Source: Planctomycetota bacterium (GTDB lineage Bacteria > Patescibacteriota > Patescibacteriia > Patescibacteriales > UBA12465). Taken from it: a stretch of DNA of 32,309 nucleotides. The notes under the pieces are model-generated. The model ran no database searches. It was given only the letters and a program-made list of their open reading frames with translations, and was not told the origin of the DNA. Location of the stretch: positions 1 to 32,309 of the forward strand of contig JALOQQ010000002.1 in the NCBI GenBank assembly GCA_025453315.1, read 5' to 3'. The first letter of the stretch is position 1; every line of letters begins with the position of its first letter. Position numbers and translations under genes: made by a program. Below are positions 17,736-26,855 of the stretch, piece by piece.

Positions 17736-19496
17736 ATGAATTTATTTAAGGGTCGAAAAAACTTTTGGCTAGATTTATGGTTATTAATTAAACCGTTTAA
17801 GAAGAAAATTAAACTATTTTTCTTTTTAATTCTTTTTCTAGAATTATTAAAGTTGGGCAGTCCATATGTAATGAAGGAAATAATTAACACTCTAACTGGC
17901 CTTAATAATGCTAACGTCTTTAACTTAATAGAGCTTATTTTATTGTTTTTGTTTAGTGAAGGAATTATTTCTTTGTATTCGTTTTTTAATAGTAAAAGAT
18001 TTCTTAGTTTATCATCGGACATGGAATATTATTTTATTACCAGCGCACAAAAGAAATTATTAAATTTGAGTTTAGCTTATCACGAGCAAGAGGACACAGG
18101 AAATAAAATCATTAAAATAGAAAAGGGAATGTATAAAATAGTAGATTTGCTTAGCAATTCTTATTTTGAAGTAATTCCAACTATATTACAGCTAATAATC
18201 ACTTTCTTTGCCGTTTTATTTGTTAATTGGATTTTTATTATTCCTTTCCTTATTTTTACCCCAATTTTTGTTTTTTATGCTTTCCATGTTAATTATCTTT
18301 TATATCCTGTCCGTAAAAAAAGACATGAAAATGTTGAAAATGCTTTTGGTAAATTAGGACAAAGCATTATGAATATTAATACCGTTCAGTCTTTTGTTCA
18401 GGAAAAAAGAGAAAACCAGGAGTTTAAAAAATTCTGGGACAACATTAGAACAGCAGAAAAATTAGAATGGTTTAAGCGCACTTTTTTTATTTTTAAACGA
18501 GATTCTTTAGTAACAATAGGTAGAATAGCTGTTATTGCTTTGGGTGCTTATTTAATGCTAAATAAAGAAATTAATATCGGGTCATTTGTTTTTGTCTTAA
18601 CCTTATCGGAAAAATGTTTTATTTCTTTATATAGAATTTCTCGTTTTTATGACAACGTGGAAGATAGTGCGGAGGCTGTAAAGCGTTTTATAGACCTTTT
18701 AAAAAGAGACTCTAATATTAAGAATAAGCCAGGGGCCACTATTGCTAAGAAAATTATTGGAAAAATTTCTTTTAAAAATTTAAGCTTTACTTATGATCAG
18801 GGTAATACTATTTTAGATAATATTAATCTAGAAATTAATTCGGGTTGTTTTACGGCTCTAGTTGGTCCTTCGGGAGGGGGCAAAACTACTATGGTCCGCT
18901 TAATTTATCGGCATTATGACCCACAAATGGGCAAGGTCTTAATAGATGACAAAGATATTAGGGAGTATGATTTATATTCTTTGCGTAAGAACATGGCTAT
19001 TGTTCCTCAAGAAGTAGAAATATTTAACTCTTCTATTAAACATAATATTGCTTACGCTAATCCTGATGCTAGTTTTGAAGAAATTAAAGCGGCGGCTCGT
19101 ATTGCTAATGCCGAACAATTTATTATTAATTTAAAAGAGGGATATGAAACTGTAGTGGGTGAAAGAGGCGTTAAATTATCAGGTGGACAAAGACAGAGAA
19201 TTGGCATTGCCAGGGCTCTTCTGGCTAACCCACGTATTTTAATATTTGATGAGGCTACCAGTAATCTGGATAGTTGTAGTGAAAAATTGATTCAAGAAGC
19301 TATTGATAGAATAGCTAAAGATAGAACGTTAATAGTTGTAGCACATCGTTTAAGTACCATTCAAAAGGCTGATAAAATTATTGTTTTAGAAAAGGGAAAA
19401 ATAGTAGAAGAGGGTAATCATTTAGCTCTTGCTCAAAAAGGCGCGGGTTTGTACTCCAAATTATTAAGCCTACAAAAGATGGGTGATATAAAATAA
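17736..19496 (+). CDS. ABC exporter, fused permease/ATPase (MsbA-like half transporter)
   Basis: 586 aa. 6-TM exporter domain plus NBD with Walker A GPSGGGKTT, signature LSGGQRQR, Walker B ILIFDEATS, H-loop VAHRL. Confidence 0.9.
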   Translation: MNLFKGRKNFWLDLWLLIKPFKKKIKLFFFLILFLELLKLGSPYVMKEIINTLTGLNNANVFNLIELILLFLFSEGIISLYSFFNSKRFLSLSSDMEYYFITSAQKKLLNLSLAYHEQEDTGNKIIKIEKGMYKIVDLLSNSYFEVIPTILQLIITFFAVLFVNWIFIIPFLIFTPIFVFYAFHVNYLLYPVRKKRHENVENAFGKLGQSIMNINTVQSFVQEKRENQEFKKFWDNIRTAEKLEWFKRTFFIFKRDSLVTIGRIAVIALGAYLMLNKEINIGSFVFVLTLSEKCFISLYRISRFYDNVEDSAEAVKRFIDLLKRDSNIKNKPGATIAKKIIGKISFKNLSFTYDQGNTILDNINLEINSGCFTALVGPSGGGKTTMVRLIYRHYDPQMGKVLIDDKDIREYDLYSLRKNMAIVPQEVEIFNSSIKHNIAYANPDASFEEIKAAARIANAEQFIINLKEGYETVVGERGVKLSGGQRQRIGIARALLANPRILIFDEATSNLDSCSEKLIQEAIDRIAKDRTLIVVAHRLSTIQKADKIIVLEKGKIVEEGNHLALAQKGAGLYSKLLSLQKMGDIK

Positions 19497-19505
19497 GAGT
19501 TTAAT

Positions 19506-19580
19506 TGGAGCGGGTAGAGGGAATCGAACCCTCATCTTCAGCTTGGAAGGCTGACATAAAAGCCATTATACTATACCCGC
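19506..19580 (-). tRNA. tRNA-Gly (anticodon TCC)
   Basis: Reverse complement folds. Acceptor GCGGGTA/TACCCGC, anticodon stem TCAGC/GCTGA with loop CTTCCAA, T arm GAGGG-TTCGATT-CCCTC. CCA is encoded, the only tRNA here where it is. 75 nt. Confidence 0.9.
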
Positions 19581-19625
19581 AAGATATTGCTGATTGTAAT
19601 ATATTGTTTCACAAAAGGCAATAAG

Positions 19626-20813
19626 CTACACTTTAATAATTTTTTCTTTGCCGTTACGTATTAAAAATATAAAGTAAAAACCGGAAAAAACTAGGATAGC
19701 CAGGAAAAGAAATAAATAGTTTATACTATAGAATTTTAATAGCACTAAAGATATTATTGACCCAAAAACATACGCTAAAGGACCGGTGTTACGGAAAAAT
19801 TTTATAATACTCGCATCTTTAGCACTAACATGCTTAAAGAAATAAGAATCTCGCATAGATTCGGCTAAAGCGGCTCCACAGCGGCTCATAAAAAGAAGAA
19901 GAGCCCAAACAAAGGGACTGGTTGAGTCTGTTAAGGCCCAAATTAAACAGGACACAACTAAAATAACAAAACCCAGGGCTAATAGTCTTTTTTCGGCCCC
20001 ATATTTATCCGCTATAATACCAGCCGGAATTTCTATTAGAACAAAAGGTAGAAGCATAAAAGAAAACATATAACCAATAGTTTGCCAGGAAAAGCCAAAG
20101 TATTGATTTAGATAAAGGGGCATAAAAACTACGGCCATGCTAAAAAACAGATTTAGTAAAAAAGAAATAAAGAAAATACCTTTTAAATTAGGACGACGCC
20201 AAATAGTGCTTATAGTTTCAGAAATATTTATTTCAGAATACTTTATTTTTTTATCAATATTTTTTTTGTTCTTCCAAAAGACTAGAGCGAAAATAAAAAC
20301 AACACCAAGTGCTAGTAAAAATATAGTACGAAAACCGCCTGATTTTAACAAAAAGCCAGAAACAATAGGCATAGCTATCCAGCCCAAGTTAGTGGCTGTT
20401 AAAAACATAGTTCTAATTCTTCCGGTTTTATTATTTAAAGAAAAACTTTCAATAAAAATATCTAGGTTTGTTGGTATAACGTAAGAACAGATAATAAAAA
20501 CAGTAAAAAAGAATAAAACACTCCAGATGCTATTAGTAAAGAATGAAGATGAAAGGGCTAGTAGTGAAACTAGATTAAAGAGAATAAAGATTTTCGTAAG
20601 CCGATAATTCCCTATCTTTTTAATTAAAATATGAGAAGTCATTAAAATTAAGAACGAAACCAAGTTGGCAATTAAAAAAAACCAAGAAATTTTTTCCACG
20701 CTAACAAATTGCTCCAAGAAACTAGATTCAATATAAGCTGGCAAGGCTATTGAAACGGCGAAGATAAGTCCCAAGCCATATAAGATTTTTAAACTAAGCT
20801 TATTCTTTAACAT
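19626..20813 (-). CDS. MFS-type transporter
   Basis: 395 aa, about 12 hydrophobic helices in a 6+6 layout with a basic central loop (KNKKNIDKK). Start overlaps the lgt stop by 14 nt. Confidence 0.7.
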   Translation of the reverse strand: MLKNKLSLKILYGLGLIFAVSIALPAYIESSFLEQFVSVEKISWFFLIANLVSFLILMTSHILIKKIGNYRLTKIFILFNLVSLLALSSSFFTNSIWSVLFFFTVFIICSYVIPTNLDIFIESFSLNNKTGRIRTMFLTATNLGWIAMPIVSGFLLKSGGFRTIFLLALGVVFIFALVFWKNKKNIDKKIKYSEINISETISTIWRRPNLKGIFFISFLLNLFFSMAVVFMPLYLNQYFGFSWQTIGYMFSFMLLPFVLIEIPAGIIADKYGAEKRLLALGFVILVVSCLIWALTDSTSPFVWALLLFMSRCGAALAESMRDSYFFKHVSAKDASIIKFFRNTGPLAYVFGSIISLVLLKFYSINYLFLFLAILVFSGFYFIFLIRNGKEKIIKV

Positions 20814-21639
20814 GTTGTTTCTTAATAAAAATTTTTAATAAAAATAAAAAGCTTATTATAGTTATTACTAAACTAATTATTTGTGACAGACGCCAACCGT
20901 TAATCAATAGAGTTTCGTCTAAGCGTATAAATTCTAGTAAAAAGCGTAGAGCAGAATAAAGAAAAAAATAACTAAGAGAAATAATTAAAAAGGGCTTATT
21001 TAGTCCTTTCTTTTTTATTATATCATGTAAAAAAAAGAGAATAAAGAAGATTACTAAGTTTCCTAAAGATTCATAAAGAAAGGCGGGATGAAAAAAAGAA
21101 TTGTTTAAATAAAGTTCCGGTCTATTTTCTAAATTAATTGGTATGCCCCAGGGTAATTTTGTGGGTAAGCCAAAAATTTCTTGGTTAAAATAATTACCCC
21201 AACGCCCAATAGCTTGTCCGAGGGCTAGACCAGGAACAATAATAGCAATAAATTTATAAAATTCTGACCAAGATCCAGAAAAATGTTTTTTGATAAATAT
21301 TACTAAGGCTACGCCGCCCCCTATCATCCCGCCGTATATTGCCAATCCACCCTCCCAAATTTTAAAAATAGCTAAAAAATTAGAGAAATAATAAAGTGGA
21401 TCTACGAAAAGCACCTCATATATTCTGGCGCCTAATAAACCACCTATTATAGTTACAAAAGATAAGTCGATTATTAGAGAAGATTTAATATTATACTTTT
21501 TGCCAATATAAATAGTTATTAGCATGGCCAAGATTATTCCTAAAGTAACCATTAAGCCGTACCAATAGATTTGAATTGGGCCCCAGGAGAATAAAATAGG
21601 GCTTGGTATAAAATTATGAAGAAAAGAGAAAAAAAACAT
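20800..21639 (-). CDS. lgt: prolipoprotein diacylglyceryl transferase
   Basis: 279 aa. IYWYGLM N-terminal motif and the Lgt signature GRWGNYFNQE. Confidence 0.9.
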   Translation of the reverse strand: MFFFSFLHNFIPSPILFSWGPIQIYWYGLMVTLGIILAMLITIYIGKKYNIKSSLIIDLSFVTIIGGLLGARIYEVLFVDPLYYFSNFLAIFKIWEGGLAIYGGMIGGGVALVIFIKKHFSGSWSEFYKFIAIIVPGLALGQAIGRWGNYFNQEIFGLPTKLPWGIPINLENRPELYLNNSFFHPAFLYESLGNLVIFFILFFLHDIIKKKGLNKPFLIISLSYFFLYSALRFLLEFIRLDETLLINGWRLSQIISLVITIISFLFLLKIFIKKQHVKE

Positions 21640-21652
21640 TTGATAATATTAG

Positions 21653-21734
21653 TGCGGACGGAGAGACTCGAACTCTCAAGGGTTACCCCACATGGTCCTA
21701 AGCCATGCGCGTCTACCAATTTCGCCACGTCCGC
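21653..21734 (-). tRNA. tRNA-Leu (anticodon TAG)
   Basis: Class II tRNA. Acceptor GCGGACG/CGTCCGC, anticodon stem CATGG/CCATG with loop CTTAGGA, long variable arm, T arm GAGAG-TTCGAGT-CTCTC. 82 nt. Confidence 0.9.
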
Positions 21735-21744
21735 GGCTATTTCT

Positions 21745-21773
21745 ATATTAATAGATATGGTTTTTCTAGTAAA
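21745..21773 (-). promoter_or_regulatory. putative promoter driving tRNA-Leu (and probably lgt and the MFS gene)
   Basis: Minus strand reads TTTACT, 17 nt spacer, TAATAT. The -10 ends 10 nt before the tRNA-Leu 5' end. Confidence 0.5.
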
Positions 21774-21934
21774 GACCAGGCCGTTATTTTCTCTTATGAA
21801 ATTTGGCGTTGATTAATTGTCTTAAATAATGTTTTTAAAAAAGTAATTAACAGTTTTTAGATTTATGATTAAAAAAATATGTGTTATAATATAATAAGTT
21901 ATTAATCTTATTTCTAATTTTTAAATAAAAAACT

Positions 21935-24313
21935 ATGATCGACAACAAATTGGTTAGGTTCTTTGATGAACTTGGTATTAAAGACGTTCCTCAGGTTGGT
22001 GGCAAGAATGCTTCTCTAGGGGAAATGTATCATAATCTTTCCCAAAAAGGCATTAAGGTGCCAAATGGTTTTGCAACTACCGCTTTATTCTATAATAGAT
22101 TCATGGAAGAAACTGGTCTTAAAAATCAAATCAGAAAAATTTTAGAAGGATTAAATACTAAGAATGTTAATGATTTAATGAAAAGAGGTGAAAAAATTAG
22201 AAAAACAATTATTGCCACTGAATTTCCTAAAGATTTTGCCATTTCTATTATTGAAGCTTATAAAAAATTATCAGCTGAAAGCAAGGTTAAAAATTTAGAT
22301 GTGGCTGTACGCTCATCTGCTACGGCCGAAGATTTGCCTGACGCTTCTTTTGCTGGTCAACAAGAAACTTATTTAAATATTACAGGAGAAAAAGAATTAA
22401 TGTTGTCTGTAAAAAAATGTGTTGCCTCTTTGTTTACCAACCGAGCTATTTCTTACCGTGTTGATAAGGGTTTTGATCATTTTACTATTGCTCTTTCAGT
22501 TGGTATACAAAAAATGATTAGATCGGATTTGGCCGCCTCTGGAGTTATGTTTACTTTAGACACTGAATCTGGCTTTGAAAATGTTGTTTTAATTAATGGC
22601 ATTTATGGTTTGGGCGAAAATATTGTTCAGGGAAAGGTTAATCCTGATGAATTTTATGTTTTTAAACCAACTAAAAAGATTATTTATCATGCTATTGGTC
22701 ATAAAGATATAAAAATGATTTACAATAAGAATGAAAAGCAACCAACTAAAGACGTTTCTGTTCCGGTAGCTGATAGAAAAAAACAATGTATTACTAATGA
22801 ACAAGTGGTTAAATTAGCTGAATGGGGTATGATTATTGAAGAACATTATGGCAGACACATGGATATCGAGTGGGCCTTAGATGGTAAAACCAAGGAATTA
22901 TATATTATTCAAGCTAGACCAGAAACTGTTCAAAGTGTTAAAGATAGGAATATTCTAGAGCGTTATGTTTTGGAAAAGAAAGGAAAATTATTAGTTACCG
23001 GACAAAGCGTTGGCAGTAAAATTGGCGCAGGAATTGCCAATAGAATAATGACTATTAAAGATATTAATAAATTCAAACCAGGACAAGTTTTAGTAACTGA
23101 TATGACTGATCCTGATTGGGAGCCGATTATGAAGATTGCTTCCGCCATTGTTACTGATAATGGAGGTAGAACCTGTCACGCCGCTATTATTTCTCGCGAA
23201 CTAGGCATTCCTTGTGTAGTGGGAACCAATAATGCTTCCACTACGATTAAGAGTGGTAAAGTTATTACGGTTAGTTGTGCTGAAGGAGAAGCGGGTTATG
23301 TTTATGATGGAAAGTTGCCATTTAAAGTAGAGAGAGAAAATATCGGCGACTTGGTAAAGAATAGAAATTTTAAATCTAAAGTAATGATGAATATGGCTGA
23401 GCCAGATATGGCCTTCTCTAATTCATTTATTCCTAATGATGGTGTTGGTTTAGCTCGTTTAGAATTTATTATTAATAAACAAATTCAAGCCCATCCTTTA
23501 GCTCTTATTAATTTTAATAAAATTAAAGATAAGAAGGTTAAAAAGCAGATTGAAACATTAACTGTTGGTTATAAAGATAAATCCCAATTCTTTGTTGATA
23601 AATTATCAGAAGGAGTAGCTATGATTGCTTCAGCTTTTTATCCTAAAGATGTGATTGTAAGACTTTCAGATTTTAAGAGCAATGAATATGCTAATCTATT
23701 AGGTGGTAGTGAATATGAACCAATAGAGTCTAATCCAATGATTGGTTGGAGAGGCGCTAACCGTTATTATACTGAAAAATTTTTGCCAGCCTTTAATTTA
23801 GAATGTCAGGCTTTAAAGAGAGTTAGAGATGATATGGGGCTAACTAATGTAAAAATCATGATTCCATTTTGTCGTACGGTTGAAGAAGGAAAGCGCGTTT
23901 TAGAAATTATGGCCAAGAATGGTTTAGAAAGAGGCAAAAATAATTTACAAGTTTATGTAATGGCTGAAATACCAACTAATATTATTTTAGCAGAACAGTT
24001 TGCTGAGATTTTTGATGGTTTTTCAATCGGTTCCAACGATTTAACTCAATTAACTTTAGGCATTGATCGTGATTCTGGAGGTACCTTACATGTTTTAGGA
24101 GCTTCTAATGAAAAAAATGATGCTGTTAAATATTTAATTAAGCATCTAATAGAAGTAGCTAAAAAAACTGGTCGTAAGGTTGGAATTTGTGGTCAAGCAC
24201 CAAGTGACTTCCCAGATTTTGCTAAAATGTTAGTTGATTTGGGAATAGATAGTATTTCTCTTATTCCCGACACTATAATAAAAACCATGATGGTTTTGAA
24301 TAAAAAGCAATAA
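21935..24313 (+). CDS. ppsA: phosphoenolpyruvate synthase (pyruvate, water dikinase)
   Basis: 792 aa. N-terminal VGGKNASLGEM ATP-grasp region, phospho-His motif GGRTCHAAIISRELGIP, C-terminal PEP-utilizer domain with GSNDLTQ. Confidence 0.95.
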   Translation: MIDNKLVRFFDELGIKDVPQVGGKNASLGEMYHNLSQKGIKVPNGFATTALFYNRFMEETGLKNQIRKILEGLNTKNVNDLMKRGEKIRKTIIATEFPKDFAISIIEAYKKLSAESKVKNLDVAVRSSATAEDLPDASFAGQQETYLNITGEKELMLSVKKCVASLFTNRAISYRVDKGFDHFTIALSVGIQKMIRSDLAASGVMFTLDTESGFENVVLINGIYGLGENIVQGKVNPDEFYVFKPTKKIIYHAIGHKDIKMIYNKNEKQPTKDVSVPVADRKKQCITNEQVVKLAEWGMIIEEHYGRHMDIEWALDGKTKELYIIQARPETVQSVKDRNILERYVLEKKGKLLVTGQSVGSKIGAGIANRIMTIKDINKFKPGQVLVTDMTDPDWEPIMKIASAIVTDNGGRTCHAAIISRELGIPCVVGTNNASTTIKSGKVITVSCAEGEAGYVYDGKLPFKVERENIGDLVKNRNFKSKVMMNMAEPDMAFSNSFIPNDGVGLARLEFIINKQIQAHPLALINFNKIKDKKVKKQIETLTVGYKDKSQFFVDKLSEGVAMIASAFYPKDVIVRLSDFKSNEYANLLGGSEYEPIESNPMIGWRGANRYYTEKFLPAFNLECQALKRVRDDMGLTNVKIMIPFCRTVEEGKRVLEIMAKNGLERGKNNLQVYVMAEIPTNIILAEQFAEIFDGFSIGSNDLTQLTLGIDRDSGGTLHVLGASNEKNDAVKYLIKHLIEVAKKTGRKVGICGQAPSDFPDFAKMLVDLGIDSISLIPDTIIKTMMVLNKKQ

Positions 24314-24324
24314 AGATAAAAGAT

Positions 24325-24360
24325 AAAAAAATAGACGGAGTTATTACCGTCTATTTTTTT
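24325..24360. terminator. bidirectional intrinsic terminator (ppsA / 3D-domain gene)
   Basis: Stem ATAGACGG/CCGTCTAT, 8-nt loop, A6 upstream and T6 downstream. Confidence 0.75.
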
Positions 24361-24373
24361 ATGCAAATTTTTA

Positions 24374-24922
24374 TTACTCTATAACTTGTATTTTACTTAC
24401 TTGTACGCCAAATTGTTTAGCATCGGCCTTGTGTAACATCCATACATCTACCCTATCATCGAAACGTTGATTCATTCGGTCTCTAACAATAAAGACTTTG
24501 TCTCCAAATAAATCAGGAATTTTTACTTTAGTACCAAAGGGTAGAAAATTAGCCGCTATAGTATCTTCTTCGCCGTGTTTACAAACATTAAAGCCATTAG
24601 CGGTTATACAAGGAGAATCGTCACATTGAGCCGCTTCTGAATTATAAGCCGTAATTGTTCTAAGGCTCTCTGATAGAATTTTAGCATCAGGGTTTTCTGG
24701 TAGATGATTAATTATAGTAATTTCATCTTCAGCCTGTTGATGTAATATTTCTAAGGCATTACCTTCAGATTGTGCTAGTTCACTCGCCACGGCCTCGTCA
24801 GCTAAGGTTGGCATGGGAAAGAGGAGGGCTTGGAAACCAAAAGCAATAAATAAGAAGGAAAGAACACGTTTTTTTAAAAGAACTGAAATAATCCGTTTAT
24901 AACGATATTTCTGTTTTTTCAT
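24374..24922 (-). CDS. secreted or membrane-anchored 3D-domain protein (MltA-like fold, cell-wall associated)
   Basis: 182 aa. N-terminal hydrophobic anchor. C-terminal TAYNSEAAQCDDSPCITANG...IVRDRMNQRFDDRVDVWM matches the 3D (three conserved Asp) domain pattern. Confidence 0.75.
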   Translation of the reverse strand: MKKQKYRYKRIISVLLKKRVLSFLFIAFGFQALLFPMPTLADEAVASELAQSEGNALEILHQQAEDEITIINHLPENPDAKILSESLRTITAYNSEAAQCDDSPCITANGFNVCKHGEEDTIAANFLPFGTKVKIPDLFGDKVFIVRDRMNQRFDDRVDVWMLHKADAKQFGVQVSKIQVIE

Positions 24923-25062
24923 AAATAATTATATTTTTGACAAATTAAAAATCCCATGTTATAGGGATTTCGACCTAACAGTTTTATCATATCAACAGGA
25001 TAAGTCAATCTTGACATCGATGGTTATTTATTGTTTGATTATATTATAAGAATTTAACGTAT

Positions 25063-25296
25063 ATGAAGCAAATAATAATTTTTTTTGGTAAACCAGGCGC
25101 TGGAAAAACAACTTTGATCCAAAGTGCTTTGGAGCGCAACAGATATTTTGATTTAAAAGCTTTAGAAAGAAGATTGTTAAGAGATTTCCCAAATTCACAT
25201 TTGAATTTGCTTAAAGAAAATGGTTTAGATTTTAAAATTTTAAATACAGAAAACAATGTTGTACAAAATATAAAAATAATAAAAAATAGGCAATAA
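25063..25296 (+). CDS. small P-loop (Walker A) protein, possibly a truncated NTPase or kinase remnant
   Basis: 77 aa. IIFFGKPGAGKTT Walker A but no recognisable Walker B or lid. Own terminator overlaps the stop codon. Preferred over the lysine-rich antisense ORF 25044-25256. Confidence 0.3.
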   Translation: MKQIIIFFGKPGAGKTTLIQSALERNRYFDLKALERRLLRDFPNSHLNLLKENGLDFKILNTENNVVQNIKIIKNRQ

Positions 25297-25308
25297 GCCT
25301 ATTTTTTA
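25281..25308. terminator. bidirectional terminator between the P-loop ORF and tRNA-Glu
   Basis: Stem ATAGGC/GCCTAT (25286-25291/25297-25302), A-run upstream and T-run downstream. Confidence 0.55.
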
Positions 25309-25312
25309 TTCG

Positions 25313-25384
25313 TAGTCCCTAGGGGAATCGAACCCCTATTATCAGGATGAAAACCTGGTGTCCTAACCATTAGACGAAGGGACC
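25313..25384 (-). tRNA. tRNA-Glu (anticodon TTC)
   Basis: Reverse complement GGTCCCTTCGTCTAATGGTTAGGAC... Anticodon loop TTTTCAT, T arm AGGGG-TTCGATT-CCCCT. 72 nt. Confidence 0.9.
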
Positions 25385-25526
25385 AAAATTTATTCAATTA
25401 AAAAATTAAGCCAAAAATGTCTTAATTGATTATATTGTATATATAAGGCGATACATTGTCAATAATTTTATTTAAATTTACAGTCCGGATATAAAATGAT
25501 AGTATAAAATTATTAATTTATTACTT

Positions 25527-26567
25527 ATGTTTATTTTAGGTGTTGAAACTAGCTGTGACGAAACTTCTGCTTCAGTTCTTTCTGGAACTGGCCAGAAAAT
25601 AAAAATACTTTCTAATGTAGTGGCTTCACAGATAGAAATTCATAAAAAATATAATGGAGTTGTGCCAGAAATAGCTGCTCGTGAGCATGTTTTAAATATT
25701 ATTCCGGTAATTAATGAAGCATTAGTTAAGGCTAAGACATCTTATAAAAAAATTGATTTTTTAGCAGTTACTATTGGCCCAGGTTTAATTACTTCTTTAA
25801 TTCCTGGTATAGAAGCTACTAGGTCTTTATCTTATGCCTGGAATGTCCCGGTTATACCTATTAATCATATTGAAGGACATATTTATTCTAGTTTTATTAA
25901 TATTAGTAATCAGAATGTCTTTCCGGCCCTTATTTTAATCGTGTCTGGTGGCCATACTACTATAGTATTAATGAAAAATCATGGTAAGTATAAGATTGTT
26001 GGCGAAACCAGGGATGACGCTGCTGGGGAAGCCTTTGATAAGGCCGCAAAAATGCTGGGACTTGGTTATCCTGGTGGGCCAATAATTTCAGAAAAAGCTA
26101 GAATTTTTCAAGAGAGGGGTAAAAAATCAACATTATCACTTCCCCGCCCCATGATTAACTCTAATGACTTTGATTTTTCATTCTCTGGCCTTAAAACCGC
26201 TCTACTTTATCAACTTAAAAAGGATTTAAATTGGCATAATAGAGTTGAAGAATATTGTTATGAGGTTCAACAGGCTATTATTGATGTTTTAATTATTAAA
26301 ACAATGAAAGCGGCTATCAAAAATAAGGTAAAAACCGTAGTTCTTTGCGGAGGTGTTTCAGCTAATAAAAAATTAAGATTAGATTTACAAGAGAAAGTAG
26401 AAAATGAACTAAATTTACCATTTTTTGTTCCAGAATTTCAGTATACTACTGATAATGCCGCTATGATTGCCTCAGCCGCTTATTTTAAAGTAAAAAATAA
26501 AGTAAATTTTAAGAAAAATACTGATTGGCAGAAATTAAAAGCTAACTCTTCTTTAGATTTATGCTAA
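25527..26567 (+). CDS. tsaD: tRNA N6-adenosine threonylcarbamoyltransferase TsaD
   Basis: 346 aa. GVETSCDET, metal-binding NHIEGH, SGGHT, GGVSANKKL, DNAAMIA. Confidence 0.92.
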   Translation: MFILGVETSCDETSASVLSGTGQKIKILSNVVASQIEIHKKYNGVVPEIAAREHVLNIIPVINEALVKAKTSYKKIDFLAVTIGPGLITSLIPGIEATRSLSYAWNVPVIPINHIEGHIYSSFINISNQNVFPALILIVSGGHTTIVLMKNHGKYKIVGETRDDAAGEAFDKAAKMLGLGYPGGPIISEKARIFQERGKKSTLSLPRPMINSNDFDFSFSGLKTALLYQLKKDLNWHNRVEEYCYEVQQAIIDVLIIKTMKAAIKNKVKTVVLCGGVSANKKLRLDLQEKVENELNLPFFVPEFQYTTDNAAMIASAAYFKVKNKVNFKKNTDWQKLKANSSLDLC

Positions 26568-26639
26568 AATAAGCCCTTTTAATTGTTTTTAGATAAAACA
26601 TTAGTGTTTTGTTGTTTGTGTCATCATTGAAACTCACTG

Positions 26640-26668
26640 TTTACAAAATATTGGTAGTATTATATATT
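26640..26668 (+). promoter_or_regulatory. putative promoter for tRNA-Cys
   Basis: TTTACA, 17 nt spacer, TATATT. About 29 nt upstream of the tRNA 5' end. Confidence 0.5.
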
Positions 26669-26696
26669 AATATTGTTGTTTTGCGATATTATTATT

Positions 26697-26770
26697 GGCT
26701 CGGTGGCGAAGCTGGCTAACGCGGCAGTCTGCAAAACTGCTATCCATCGGTTCGAGCCCGATCCGAGCCT
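26697..26770 (+). tRNA. tRNA-Cys (anticodon GCA)
   Basis: Acceptor GGCTCGG/CCGAGCC, anticodon stem GCAGT/ACTGC with loop CTGCAAA, T arm ATCGG-TTCGAGC-CCGAT. 74 nt. Confidence 0.9.
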
Positions 26771-26774
26771 CAAG

Positions 26775-26807
26775 ATAAGTCCATTTTTTTATGGACTTAT
26801 TTTTTTA
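26775..26807 (+). terminator. intrinsic terminator after tRNA-Cys
   Basis: 10-bp stem ATAAGTCCAT/ATGGACTTAT, T6 loop, then T7. Confidence 0.75.
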
Positions 26808-26825
26808 TTAAGATATTCACATTGT

Positions 26826-26855
26826 TGTGTAAAATTGTGGATAACCTGTGTTTTA
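26826..26855 (+). promoter_or_regulatory. DnaA-box cluster including a perfect consensus box
   Basis: TGTGTAAAA (26826), TGTGGATAA (26836-26844, perfect reverse complement of TTATCCACA) and TGTGTTTTA (26847), at 10- and 11-bp spacing. Confidence 0.5.

Noticed and set aside
15835-18022. ORFs 15835-16050(-), 17004-17192(+) and 17723-18022(-)
   Set aside because: They are shadow frames inside the GH-like gene, the GT-B gene and the ABC exporter.
20137-20484. ORF 20137-20484(+), 115 aa
   Set aside because: It lies entirely antisense to the MFS transporter. Its basic, low-complexity translation is typical of the reverse frame of a hydrophobic membrane protein gene.
21616-21816. ORF 21616-21816(+)
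   Set aside because: It spans the lgt start in antisense and the whole tRNA-Leu gene. The tRNA cloverleaf explains the sequence.
22589-23148. ORFs 22589-22804(-) and 22963-23148(-)
   Set aside because: They are antisense to ppsA.
24923-25062. Possible c-di-AMP (ydaO-type) riboswitch in the leader of the 3D-domain cell-wall gene. On the minus strand there is a hairpin AAATCCC/GGGATTT followed by TTTTAATT.
   Set aside because: The leader is only about 140 nt and lacks the paired ACGGGGA/CCCGA-type conserved cores. Only a single short hairpin is present. It could be a simple attenuator or nothing.
25044-25256. ORF 25044-25256(-), 70 aa
   Set aside because: It is antisense to the Walker-A ORF. 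The translation is Lys/Phe-rich with no motif. The plus-strand frame at least carries a bona fide P-loop and a terminator.
25063-25296. The Walker-A ORF as TsaE, the partner of the neighbouring tsaD
   Set aside because: It is too short, and the TsaE-specific motifs downstream of the P-loop (SPTF, HxDxYR) are absent.
11114-26770. Six tRNA genes as possible integration hot spots or genomic-island borders
   Set aside because: There is no integrase, recombinase, transposase or phage gene, and no direct repeat of a tRNA 3' end that I could find. The neighbouring genes are housekeeping.
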